Translations under genes and position numbers: made by a program
Part shown: one piece after another, positions 52,920 to 62,698 of the stretch
How the letters are laid out: each line of letters opens with the position of its first letter
Numbering within the stretch: position 1 is the stretch's first letter
The notes under the pieces: generated by a model
What the model saw: the letters and a program-made list of their open reading frames with translations, nothing else
What the model was told of the DNA's origin: nothing
Databases searched by the model: none
NCBI GenBank assembly: GCA_965221165.1
Contig: CBDCRP010000002.1
Location: 1,120,001 to 1,184,000, forward strand
Source: a bacterium
Lineage (GTDB): Bacteria > UBA8248
DNA: 64,000 bases
Direction: 5' to 3'

Positions 52920-55220
52920 TCACGCACGCGCCTTCAAAAGCGCCATCGCGACTCTATCCGGCGTCAAGGGCAAATTATGGAACCGGACGCCCGTGGCGTC
53001 GTAAACCGCATTGGCGATGGCGGCCGCCGTGGGCACGTTCACCTGCTCGCCGACCCCTTTCGCCCCGTAAGGGCCGTTCGAATAGGAATCCTCCACGATG
53101 ACGGACGCCACCCGGTCCGGCACGTCCTCCACCGTCGGAGCGAGGTAGCCGTGCATGTCGGGGTTTTGCATCAAACCCTCCCGCTGAACGACTTCCTCCA
53201 TCATGCAAAAGCCGATGCCCATGTAGACGCCGCCTTCGATCTGCTGCTCCACGCCCATGGGGCTTATCGCCCGGCCCACGTCGTGCGCGGCCCAAACGCC
53301 GGTGATCTCCACTTCTCCGGTCTCTTCGTCCACCAGCACCTCGGCCACCTGGCTGCCGAACCCATAGACTTCATACGGCTCGCCCAGGCCCGTTTCTGAA
53401 TCAATCTTCGCAGGCGGCGGTATGCTGTCCGCAGCGGCCAATTGCTTGAGTTCATCGGCCACATACGCCTTTGCAATTTCGGGAAGGGTGATCCGGGTTT
53501 CCTCATGTGAGCGCGATTGAACCACGCCGCCTCGCAGTTCCAGATCCTCAGGGTCCACCTCCAGCAGAATTCCGCCCAGGCGCAACAGCTCGGCCCGGGC
53601 CTCCAGCGAAGCGTTGTAGACCGCCTTTCCGCCCTGCATGGTGATTCGCGAACTCGAACTGGTGCCGCCGAACGGATCGATGGCGGTGTCCACGCTCTCC
53701 ATCAAAAACTCCGAATACGGGATATCCAGCGTTTCGGAGGCGATTTGGCACAAGACCGTTTTGCTGCCCTGGCCGAAATCCACGACGCCGGCGGCCACCT
53801 GCACCTTGCCGTCCGCCCTGAGAAAAACATGCGCCTCGGCCGGAGAGTAGGCGTTGCCCGTTCCATACAGACAACTCGCCACCCCGCGCCCGCGCAAGCG
53901 GCCATCTTCGTGTCTTCGGTTTCCATTGCCCTCTCTTCCCCAGGATGAGGCCTCCTCCACCTCTCTCAGCGTATCCAGAAAACCGACGCTCTCGGGCAAA
54001 TGCTGGTTCCAGGCCGTTCGGGAACCGACCCGCAGCCCGTTGATGCGCCTGATCTCGATGGGGTCGATCCCCAAAACCCTGGCGATCTCATCGATTTGCT
54101 GCTCGCCCGCGAAGTGGACCTGGGGACATCCCGGCCCGCGCATCTGGCCTCCATAGGGATGGTTCGTGTGCACGCAGTGCACGTCCACCTTCGCGTTGGG
54201 CACCTGATAGGGACCTGCGGCATGGTAGGTAGCGCGCTTGAACGCGGGCGGATTGTCCCCTCCGTTGGCCGCATACGCTCCCTTGTCCAGCCATACTTCC
54301 ACCTCGACGGCCACGAGGCGTCCGTCTTTCGTCGCTCCCGTTTTGGAGCGAATGAACGTGGCGTGACGCTTCGAGGAGGCGATCATGCTTTCCTCGCGCG
54401 AATACACGAGTTTCACGGGCCTGCCGGCGGCATGGGCGAGAGCTGCGGCGCGCAGGCACACATCGAGACTCGCTTCGCTCTTTCCGCCGAAAGCCCCGCC
54501 CGTTATCGTCTGGACGAAACGAACCGAACCCTCGCCCTTGAGCCCCAGCATCCGGGCGACGTTTTGTCTCACGAGAAAAGGCTGCTGGGTCGAACCCCAG
54601 ATTTGAATCCCGCCGCCGGGGTGCGGACTCGCACAAGCCGCCTCCACCTCGAGATAGAGATGATCGACGGAGGGAGTCGAATATTCACTCTCGACAATCA
54701 CGTCGGCTTTCTCGAAGCCGACGCCGACGTCTCCTTTCCGTATCTTCGCCTGGTTGAGGACGTTTCCACCGGGAAAGAGTTTTTCCGCCCCTCTCTTCAT
54801 CGCCTCGCGCGGATCGGAAACGACGGGCAGGGGGCGGTATTCGACCCTTATCAACCGCATCGCCTCCTCCGCCGCCTCGGGCGTCTCCGCCGCGATGAGT
54901 GCGACCACCTCGCCCATGTAGCGCACCTTGTCGTAGGCGATGACGGGCATGGCCCGCTCGTGGGGAATGATGTGGGGATGATTCGGCAAGTCATCGCCCG
55001 TGAGAACGGCGACGACGCCGGAGACCCGCAGAGCCTCGCGCGCCTCGACGAAAAGTATCTCGGCGTGCGCGTATTCGCTGCGAAGCGCCTTGCCCGTCAA
55101 CATTCCCGGAAGCTGGAGATCGTCAAGGTAATCCGCAGCGCCCGTCGCCTTTTCGGGATCATCCAAAAAGGGTAGAGATTCGCCGATTACGGCGCCGCCC
55201 ATGTCTTTGGCTTCCGCCAT
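52920..55220 (-). CDS. Xanthine dehydrogenase/CoxL-family molybdopterin-binding subunit
   Basis: KATGAADY, TGGAFGGK, MRGPG.PQ, DFGQGSKT, SSRIT, QQIEGG, GAKGVGE. Confidence 0.92.
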   Translation of the reverse strand: MAEAKDMGGAVIGESLPFLDDPEKATGAADYLDDLQLPGMLTGKALRSEYAHAEILFVEAREALRVSGVVAVLTGDDLPNHPHIIPHERAMPVIAYDKVRYMGEVVALIAAETPEAAEEAMRLIRVEYRPLPVVSDPREAMKRGAEKLFPGGNVLNQAKIRKGDVGVGFEKADVIVESEYSTPSVDHLYLEVEAACASPHPGGGIQIWGSTQQPFLVRQNVARMLGLKGEGSVRFVQTITGGAFGGKSEASLDVCLRAAALAHAAGRPVKLVYSREESMIASSKRHATFIRSKTGATKDGRLVAVEVEVWLDKGAYAANGGDNPPAFKRATYHAAGPYQVPNAKVDVHCVHTNHPYGGQMRGPGCPQVHFAGEQQIDEIARVLGIDPIEIRRINGLRVGSRTAWNQHLPESVGFLDTLREVEEASSWGREGNGNRRHEDGRLRGRGVASCLYGTGNAYSPAEAHVFLRADGKVQVAAGVVDFGQGSKTVLCQIASETLDIPYSEFLMESVDTAIDPFGGTSSSSRITMQGGKAVYNASLEARAELLRLGGILLEVDPEDLELRGGVVQSRSHEETRITLPEIAKAYVADELKQLAAADSIPPPAKIDSETGLGEPYEVYGFGSQVAEVLVDEETGEVEITGVWAAHDVGRAISPMGVEQQIEGGVYMGIGFCMMEEVVQREGLMQNPDMHGYLAPTVEDVPDRVASVIVEDSYSNGPYGAKGVGEQVNVPTAAAIANAVYDATGVRFHNLPLTPDRVAMALLKARA

Positions 55221-55560
55221 GCCATACTCCCGGATGAAAAGGTGAATTCGAACAAACCGAAAACGATGAATGAGCCGTCAATCTACATGCTCGGGCGGCT
55301 CTTGTCCACGAAATCGGGGGTTCAGCGTCCGAGGCTTTCCCCTCCGATCGTCTGAACTGGATTGGCTCTTTCCGACCGGTCGGGAATGATACATGATGGG
55401 GTAACCCTTAAATGAGGGGCGCACAATCCCTCCCTCCCCGGTCGGGAAACCGCAATCGCTCCTTCATCAGTCGCGATTGACCCCGCATTTGCCGTGGCGG
55501 GATAAGGAGAGAGCGCGGGTATGGTGGCGCGGCGAGCCGCTTCGTTCGGCGTCGGGGGAA

Positions 55561-55620
55561 TATCTAAAAAAAAGTGAAAATAGGGGAAAAATAGGAAAAA
55601 TATCTGAAAATATCCGAAAA
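55561..55620. other. Six A-tracts phased at 10 bp (candidate intrinsically curved DNA)
   Basis: tatctAAAAA aaagtgAAAA taggggAAAA ataggAAAAA tatctgAAAA tatccgAAAA. Confidence 0.6.
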
Positions 55621-55830
55621 TTTAACCTTTTGATATATATATGGTTATGCGCAAATTTCCCCCTTTGGAGGCGCTATGGGGGGGCTATCCCCTGCGAAGG
55701 GAAGGCCTTTCGCCGCGAAAAGGGATTTCTGAAAGATATGAGAAAAATTCGATAATTTGACGATGTTTTCCTGAAAATTTTTTCGACCGATTCATGCCTC
55801 ATCACGCGCTCGGGCAGAGGAGTCCAGACG

Positions 55831-56502
55831 ATGGAGAAACAAGAAAATTCGGCGCGTTCGCTTTTCCCTGAATTCCCGCAAGTCGTTGAACTGTTTGCGC
55901 AAGAAACCGGCGGCCTGCCCGAGGAAATATTGGAGAGAGTCAGAGAGGAGAAGAGTTGGGGCTTGTGGTCCATTCGTGATCAGGTGAGCCACATGGCCTC
56001 CCTGCCCTATCGATGGCTGCTGATTCGCTGGGGGGACATCCTCTTCGGCGACCATCTGCCGCGTGACAAAGAATTGCTTGAGAGGTTCGATGGACGAATG
56101 ATGAAAAACGAATATTATCCCCAAGTCCAAGATCTTATCGACGCCATGCGGGATTCGTTCGCCCTCGCCTGGGAGGTGCTTGGCTCGGAATCGCCCGAAT
56201 CGATTCGGGATGAGCGAAAGATTTCCGAGCGCGTGCCACGGGGCATGATACGGCCCGGAACCGGTGAGGATGTCCGCAAATGGCGTGAAAACATCACTCT
56301 CAAGGCGCATCGAAACGGCGTATGGATTGACCCGGACGACACGGAGCTATTTCATTTCAACCTGGAATACACGTTTCGCCACATGCTCTGGGAGGCGTAT
56401 GCACATCTAAAAACAATCCAGATGCACAAAAAAGAGGAAAACATGGAACCGCTCATCCAGGTTCCGCAAGGGGGTTACGTCTCCGTGTTGAGGTGGGACT
56501 GA
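55831..56502 (+). CDS. DinB/YfiT-superfamily protein
   Basis: WSIRDQVSHM and C-terminal HMLWEAYAHL His motifs. Confidence 0.65.
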   Translation: MEKQENSARSLFPEFPQVVELFAQETGGLPEEILERVREEKSWGLWSIRDQVSHMASLPYRWLLIRWGDILFGDHLPRDKELLERFDGRMMKNEYYPQVQDLIDAMRDSFALAWEVLGSESPESIRDERKISERVPRGMIRPGTGEDVRKWRENITLKAHRNGVWIDPDDTELFHFNLEYTFRHMLWEAYAHLKTIQMHKKEENMEPLIQVPQGGYVSVLRWD

Positions 56503-56568
56503 TACCCATATAAATCATAATTTACGAGAATAAACCATTTTCGTCCAAACCTTGGGAGACAAACAAAC

Positions 56569-57138
56569 ATGGTGGAAAGTCCAAATTACCCCTGGCATGA
56601 GAGCACCGTGCCTGGCGAGAGACCGATCGATAAACCCGAGCTTCCGAAAGACGGTTATGAAATCACCATGCTCGCAAAGACGGAGACGATGGACGATGGA
56701 CAACTGAAAATCGGGCGATTCCGGCATTTTGAAGTTTTTAGCGACGAACCGCCCCGCATCGGAGGAGAGGACAGGTATCCGCAACCTCTCACATACATCG
56801 CCATGGGGGTTGGTTTCTGACTGTTGACCCAGCTTGGGCGGTACGCCCATATGACGAAAACTACTTTCGAGAAAGCCACCTGCCTCGTCGAATTCGATTA
56901 TTTTCTGAAAGGCTCCGTTCTCAGGGGCGACGTAAATTCAGGGTGCAGAAGGGTGCGTACACATTTCAAGGTGGAATCGAGCGAACCAAAAGAACAAATC
57001 CTGCATATCATCCAATTGGCGAAACAAGGCTGCTACGCCGAGCAAATGGTTCAAACGGCGGTTCCGCTCACGAGCACTGTTGAACTAAACGGAAAAAATA
57101 TCGAATTGAAGGGGATTACAAATTCAGACAACCGCTAA
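56569..57138 (+). CDS. OsmC/Ohr-family peroxiredoxin-like protein with in-frame TGA; probable selenoprotein
   Basis: SDEPPRIGGEDRYPQPLTYIAMGVGF-TGA(56818-20)-LLTQLGRYA...AKQGCYAEQ. The two track ORFs are in one frame, separated only by the TGA at the first catalytic Cys position. Confidence 0.88.
56835..56849 (+). promoter_or_regulatory. SECIS-like hairpin downstream of the UGA
   Basis: TGGGCG-GTA-CGCCCA, with loop GU 21-22 nt after the UGA. Confidence 0.65.
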
Positions 57139-57209
57139 CGGATAGTCCCGCCAGTTGAAGCCGGGACACTGACGCAAACTAATTTATTGACCAAGCCTAT
57201 TCCTCTTGA

Positions 57210-57285
<76 letters not shown>

Positions 57286-57478
57286 AGTATGTGGAACAAT
57301 CCTCAAACAACCAAGGATTGTTCCTTATCGGCCCATTTCCCTGAAAGGCAAGTATTTCCATGCCTTTACCGGAAAGACAGGGATTCTAAAACGCTCTATC
57401 TCGGGCGTCAACATTGAAACGCATTGCGCTCTCGATATCCGGCTTGATGTTGCTGAATCCCCCAATTATTGTAAGAGA

Positions 57479-58492
57479 ATGACGAATAAATCTTCATTCC
57501 CCGTGGGTAAACTTCCGCCGGACGTGCTGGACACTTTACTCAAAAACGCGAATCCTCACCCGCGCCTCATCGTTGGTCCACAGGTTGGAGAAGACGCAGC
57601 CGTTATCGATATGGGAGAGTGTTATCTCGTCGCGAAATCAGACCCTATTACGTTTGTCGAAAACGGCATAGGGCGCTATGCAGTTCACGTGAACGCAAAC
57701 GATATCGCTTGTATGGGCGCTATCCCTCTATGGTTTCTGATGACTCTGCTCCTGCCGGAAGGACGCACCAACGAGGCGATAATAAACCGCATTTGGAAAG
57801 ATGTGGGAGATACTTGCGCCGATTTGGGCATCACCTTATGCGGTGGACATACGGAGATTACATCGGGATTGGAATTTCCGATTCTTTCGGGCCATATGTT
57901 GGGGGAAGTATCCAAGGAGAATTTGATACGAGGCGCGGACGCTTGTACGGATGACTTGATTCTGCTTACGCGCCCCATACCTGTTGAAGGAACTGCGATC
58001 CTGGCGGATGCAAAATACGATTTTCTGAAAAGCATCATGGATATCGAGATACTGGAGAATGCAAAAAGATATCTGGTTTCTCCCGGCATCAGTATAGTGT
58101 CGCAAGCTCTGGCGGCAGCCGGAACAGGCCGCGTGCACGCGATGCACGACCCGACCGAGGGCGGTCTCGCCACAGGAATTCACGAATTGGCGGAAGCCGC
58201 AGGCTTGGGGGCAATCGTGGAGGAGAGTCAAATCCCCATCTCTTTTGAAGGGGAAAAGATTTGCGAAGCATTGGGACTCGACCCCTTGGGCGTCATTACA
58301 TCGGGAGCGCTTTTGTTGGCGGTTCCGGCAGAAGGAGAAGAAATCGTGCGGGAAACGCTCATAGCGACGGGCGCGATGGGTGTTCGTATCGGCAAATTAT
58401 GCCCGCCTGAATCTGGTGTGATGATTCAACGCGGCGGGAAAACCTCTCCGCTTCAACGATTTGATTCCGATGAAATTTCAAAAGCGCTGTGA
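57479..58492 (+). CDS. AIR synthase-related (PurM/HypE superfamily) protein
   Basis: GKLP, GEDAAVID, SDPITF, NANDIA, GGHTE, MHDPTEGG. Confidence 0.85.
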   Translation: MTNKSSFPVGKLPPDVLDTLLKNANPHPRLIVGPQVGEDAAVIDMGECYLVAKSDPITFVENGIGRYAVHVNANDIACMGAIPLWFLMTLLLPEGRTNEAIINRIWKDVGDTCADLGITLCGGHTEITSGLEFPILSGHMLGEVSKENLIRGADACTDDLILLTRPIPVEGTAILADAKYDFLKSIMDIEILENAKRYLVSPGISIVSQALAAAGTGRVHAMHDPTEGGLATGIHELAEAAGLGAIVEESQIPISFEGEKICEALGLDPLGVITSGALLLAVPAEGEEIVRETLIATGAMGVRIGKLCPPESGVMIQRGGKTSPLQRFDSDEISKAL

Positions 58493-58502
58493 GGAAGCAA
58501 AT

Positions 58503-59087
58503 ATGAAACGAGCCATGGAGGGTGTGTTGTTGGATTTTGATGGCACACTCACGAAACCCGCCTTTGACTGGCCCACGATGAAAGAGGAGATGGGATTGGT
58601 CGATGGGGACATTTCTATTCTGGATCACCTCCCCACACTCTCTCCCGAACGTGCGCATGAAATATCGAATATCCTTGAAATACATGAACTTAAAGCCGCC
58701 GACATGGCCGAAGCCAACGACGGCGCGCACGAGTTGGTTGCGTATCTGCGAACGAAAAGAATCCCCTTCGGGGTCGTGACGAACAACGCGGAGCGGCATG
58801 TTCTGAAAATGGCGGAAAAAATCAATATCTCGTTCGATGTTCTGATCACCCGGGATATGGGTTATTGGAAGCCGGACCCGAGGCCCCTGCTCGCAGGCGC
58901 CGAGGCAATCGGCGTATCGCCCGAAAAATGCATCGTCATCGGGGACGGCAAATACGATATGATGGCCGCCAAGACGGCCGGAATGTTGTCGGTTCATCTG
59001 TCGGAATATTCCTTCATTCCTAGCGATATGACCCTTCCGTCCTTACTGGAAGCGCCGGCCCTGCTCGAACAACTCCTTGATAAATAA
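58503..59087 (+). CDS. HAD-superfamily hydrolase
   Basis: DFDGTL, VTNN, KPDP, IGDGKYD. Confidence 0.9.
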   Translation: MKRAMEGVLLDFDGTLTKPAFDWPTMKEEMGLVDGDISILDHLPTLSPERAHEISNILEIHELKAADMAEANDGAHELVAYLRTKRIPFGVVTNNAERHVLKMAEKINISFDVLITRDMGYWKPDPRPLLAGAEAIGVSPEKCIVIGDGKYDMMAAKTAGMLSVHLSEYSFIPSDMTLPSLLEAPALLEQLLDK

Positions 59088-59089
59088 AG

Positions 59090-59258
59090 ACTAGGGGCAC
59101 GCCCCTAAGGACATGCCCCATTTTGGAAGGAATTCGCTCAAAAACAGCGAATCATTCGGCGAGATGTCAGTGAATCAGCATCGGGGGACCCTTCAACTGA
59201 CCACCGGGGAGAAAAGGCTCCTATGCTAAAGGCGCCCATGAGGGCATGAAATTCACAC
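59090..59258 (-). ncRNA. Candidate sigma54-dependent small RNA
   Basis: Lies between a minus-strand -24/-12 motif and a hairpin that pairs fully only on the minus strand. No credible ORF. Confidence 0.4.
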
Positions 59259-59268
59259 CCTCAAAAGC

Positions 59269-59285
59269 AGCACGAATCATGCCAA
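59269..59285 (-). promoter_or_regulatory. sigma54 (-24/-12) promoter motif
   Basis: TTGGCATGATTCGTGCT: GG-N10-GC. Confidence 0.55.
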
Positions 59286-59514
59286 ACCAGAGACCTTGCC
59301 GCCTCAAAATCAGCGACTCTCATAACAAAAGGCATATCAGTGAGATATAAGACGCGCTCGGAACGGAAAAGCCAGGAAGAGCGTTCTGGATTCCGGCGCA
59401 CTACGTCATGCTTTGACTATTTTTCGGAAATGTATGGCGTGAATATGACAAAATGTCAATCTTAGGCCTAGGTGAATAGCTTTCACAGCTTAAAATAATG
59501 GTAATACTACAAAA

Positions 59515-59550
59515 TCGCCTTCCGAACTCATCCGGAAGGCGAGAGTTTTT
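59515..59550. terminator. Intrinsic terminator downstream of nuoN (possibly bidirectional)
   Basis: TCGCCTTCCG-loop-CGGAAGGCGA flanked by A and T runs. Confidence 0.65.
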
Positions 59551-59587
59551 TGTGCTTTTTTTAATAATATACGCGCTTTTTTATTCT

Positions 59588-61090
59588 CTATATGAACCCG
59601 GCGACGGTGCCCTTCGCCGCGTCGAGGAAGCTGCCAGGGAAGATGCCCAGCAGCAGGGTCGCCACCACCAGCACCACCAGCGCGAAGAAAAGCGAAGGCG
59701 CGCTCGAAAGACTCATCACCTCCTGGCTCTCTCCCCTGTTCTCCATGAACATCACCATCATGATGCGCCCGTAGTAGTACATCGAAACCGCGCTCATGAG
59801 GAGCCCGATGGCGGCGAGCCAGTAATACTCGTTCTGCACCGCCGCGGCGAACAGGTAGAGCTTGCCGACGAAACCGGCCGTCGGCGGAATGCCGCCGAGC
59901 GAGAGCAGGAACACCACGAAGGCCATCCCCGCCCAGGGGTGCGCCTGCCCGATTCCCCTCCAGTCCTCGATGTTGTCTCCCCGGTAGCCCTCCCGGCACA
60001 CGAGAACCAACATGCCGAAGGCCCCCAGGTTGGTGAACAGGTAGGCGAGAAGGTAAAAAGTCACCGCGCTGATGCCGATGGAAGTAAACGTCACCTTGCC
60101 GTCCACGACGCTCATGGTGGCCACCACGCCCATCAGCACGTAGCCCGCATGTCCGATGCTCGAGTACGCCAGCATCCTCTTGAGGCTCGTCTGGGCGATG
60201 GCCGCCACGTTTCCCCACACCAGCGTGAACGCCGTGAGCGCCCACAACAAGGTGTTCCACCTATCGGCCATGGCCGGGAACGCCACGAAGAATATCCGCA
60301 TCAGGGCGGCCACGGTCGCGAATTTGACGGCCACGGACATGAAGCCCGTAATCGGGGTCGGAGCGCCCGTGTAGGCGTCGGGCAGCCACATGTGAAAAGG
60401 CGCCATCGCCAGCTTGAACCCAAAACCCGCGACCAGGAGAATCAGGCCGAAAATCATCAACGGGTTCTGCGCGATGGCCGCGCCCCCGGAACCGGAGAAC
60501 GCCGCCGCTATTCCGCGAATCGAGGTCGTTCCGGTGAATCCGTACGTCAGGGCCATGCCGTAGAGGAGAACGCCGGAGGCGAAAGCGCCCATGAGGAAAT
60601 ACTTGAGGCCCGCCTCCCGGCTCAAGGGGTCGTGCCGCATGAACGCCACGAGCACGTAGATGCTGATGCTCATGGTCTCGAGACCCAGATAGACCGTTAT
60701 CAAATCGTTGCCCGATGCCATCACGAGCATGCCGAACACCGAGAAGAGCAGCATGGCGTACAATTCGCCGAAATTGATCTTCTCCACCTTGGCGTATTGA
60801 AGCAGCAGCAGAATGGAAATGGCCGTGCAGAGAAGCACGCACACCTTGACGAACACGCTCAGATTATCGACCACGTAAAAGCCGCTGAACGTCGTTCTCG
60901 CGCCCTCGCCCCATTGCCCGAAGGCGACCAGCCCCAGAATCACGACTCCCACGAACGCCACGACGCCCACGCGCGATTTGTTCTCGATCGACACGAACAG
61001 GTCGAGGATGAGAACCGCACAGACGAGGACGGCCAGTCCTATTTCGGGAGCCGCCAGGGATAAGGCGATATCGGGAATCACCACTTGCAT
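59588..61090 (-). CDS. nuoN: NADH-quinone oxidoreductase subunit N
   Basis: EAGLKYF, FKLAMAPFHMWLPDAYTGAP, KRMLAYSSI, GIPPTAGFVGK. Confidence 0.96.
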   Translation of the reverse strand: MQVVIPDIALSLAAPEIGLAVLVCAVLILDLFVSIENKSRVGVVAFVGVVILGLVAFGQWGEGARTTFSGFYVVDNLSVFVKVCVLLCTAISILLLLQYAKVEKINFGELYAMLLFSVFGMLVMASGNDLITVYLGLETMSISIYVLVAFMRHDPLSREAGLKYFLMGAFASGVLLYGMALTYGFTGTTSIRGIAAAFSGSGGAAIAQNPLMIFGLILLVAGFGFKLAMAPFHMWLPDAYTGAPTPITGFMSVAVKFATVAALMRIFFVAFPAMADRWNTLLWALTAFTLVWGNVAAIAQTSLKRMLAYSSIGHAGYVLMGVVATMSVVDGKVTFTSIGISAVTFYLLAYLFTNLGAFGMLVLVCREGYRGDNIEDWRGIGQAHPWAGMAFVVFLLSLGGIPPTAGFVGKLYLFAAAVQNEYYWLAAIGLLMSAVSMYYYGRIMMVMFMENRGESQEVMSLSSAPSLFFALVVLVVATLLLGIFPGSFLDAAKGTVAGFI

Positions 61091-61124
61091 GAGAAAGACT
61101 CCATCAAATCAAGCGAAATCTCGT

Positions 61125-62675
61125 TTATTTTTTCTCGAGCTTCGTCATTTTGCCGACCACGGCCTTTTGCGGAACTGCCGCCACGTTCACCATCTTCACG
61201 ACTTTCTTCACGCTCGCCTCCATCCTTCCGAGGAACGGCTTGGGATACAGGCCAATCCAGAACATCAGGATGACCAGCGGCAGAAGGTAGAGAACCTCGC
61301 GCGCGTTGCAGTCGGTGAGTTCCTCGTTCTTGGGATTATCCAGATTTCCGAAGAAAACCCGCTGGAACAGCCATAGCATGTACGCCGCACCCAGGACGAT
61401 GCCCACCACGGCGAACGCGGCGTATATATAGCTCTTCTTGAACGCGCCGATGAGAATAAGAAACTCGCCCACGAACCCGTTCAGCCCCGGCAGCCCGATG
61501 CTGCTCAGCATCGTGATGGCGAAGATCACCGTGTAGACCGGCACGACTTTCGAGAGGCCGCCGTACTCCGAGATGAGACGCGTATGGCGCCTTTCGTAAA
61601 CGACGCCCACCAGAAGGAACAAGGCGCCCGTGCTGATTCCGTGGTTGATCATCTGAAGCTGCCCGCCGAGCACGCCCTGCTCGTTCAGGGCGAACACGCC
61701 GAGCATCACGAAGCCCAGGTGACTCACGGAAGAATAGGCCACCAGTTTCTTGATGTCGGTCTGCGCCATGGCCACCAGCGCCCCGTAGATGATGCCGATA
61801 ATGGAGAGAAGCATCATGAAGGGCACGAACACATGACTCGCCTGAGGCAGCAGGGGCAGGGCGAAGCGCACGAACCCGTAGGTTCCCATTTTCAACAGGA
61901 TGCCCGCCAGTATCACGCTGCCCGCCGTGGGGGCTTCCACGTGCGCGTCCGGCAGCCAGGTGTGGAAGGGGAACATCGGAACCTTGATGGCGAAGCCGAT
62001 GAAGAACGCCAAGAATATCCATACCTGGAGCGAAAGCGGTATCTTCGGCCCCACGGCGTACAACTCGACCAGATCGAACGTGAGGGTTCCGGTTCCCATT
62101 TTGAAGTTGGCGAAGTAGAACGCCAGAATTCCCAACAGCATCAACACGCTGCCGAACAGCGTATAGAGGAAGAACTTGATCGCCGCGTAGAGCTTCCTCG
62201 GCCCGCCCCACACGCCGATGAGGAAATACATCGGCACCAGGGTGATCTCGAAAAACACGTAGAAGAGGAAAATATCGAGAGCGACGAAGGTGCCCAGCAT
62301 GCCGGTCGCCAGCAAAAGGAGACAGACGTAGTATTCCTTTTCACGCTCCTCGATGGCGGTGAACGAGCACAAGACCCCCACGATCATCGTCAGCGTCGTG
62401 AGCAGGACGAGCAGCACGCTGATTCCGTCGATGCCGACGAAATAGCTCACGCCGATGGTGGGTATCCAACTCACCTTCTCCACGAACTGAAATCCGGCTT
62501 CGGCCTTGTCGAAACGGAACCACAGGGGAAGTGAAATCAGGAAGTCCAAGACCGCCACCGCCGTGGCGAAACCCTTGATGGCTTTCGTCTGCTCTTTCTT
62601 CATGAAGAGCATGATAATCACCGCACCCGCCGCGGGCAGGAAGGTGATCAGCGTAAGAAGCGGCATGTTACTCAT
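61125..62675 (-). CDS. nuoM: NADH-quinone oxidoreductase subunit M
   Basis: GIDGIS, KVPMFPFHTWLPDAHVEAPT, LLKMGTYG, GLPGLNGFVGE. Confidence 0.96.
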   Translation of the reverse strand: MSNMPLLTLITFLPAAGAVIIMLFMKKEQTKAIKGFATAVAVLDFLISLPLWFRFDKAEAGFQFVEKVSWIPTIGVSYFVGIDGISVLLVLLTTLTMIVGVLCSFTAIEEREKEYYVCLLLLATGMLGTFVALDIFLFYVFFEITLVPMYFLIGVWGGPRKLYAAIKFFLYTLFGSVLMLLGILAFYFANFKMGTGTLTFDLVELYAVGPKIPLSLQVWIFLAFFIGFAIKVPMFPFHTWLPDAHVEAPTAGSVILAGILLKMGTYGFVRFALPLLPQASHVFVPFMMLLSIIGIIYGALVAMAQTDIKKLVAYSSVSHLGFVMLGVFALNEQGVLGGQLQMINHGISTGALFLLVGVVYERRHTRLISEYGGLSKVVPVYTVIFAITMLSSIGLPGLNGFVGEFLILIGAFKKSYIYAAFAVVGIVLGAAYMLWLFQRVFFGNLDNPKNEELTDCNAREVLYLLPLVILMFWIGLYPKPFLGRMEASVKKVVKMVNVAAVPQKAVVGKMTKLEKK

Positions 62676-62698
62676 AGTTCCTCCAAAACCTCATCGCA

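Noticed and set aside
55221-55520. Possible Moco riboswitch upstream of the Xdh-family gene
   Set aside because: Some hairpins are present but I cannot match the motif by eye; an Rfam RF01055 scan is needed.
57479-58492. PurM-superfamily gene near Sec-OsmC as selenophosphate synthetase (selD)
   Set aside because: It lacks the N-terminal [CU]-x-x-K SelD motif and the DFF signature; it fits the AIR synthase-related/HypE-like group.
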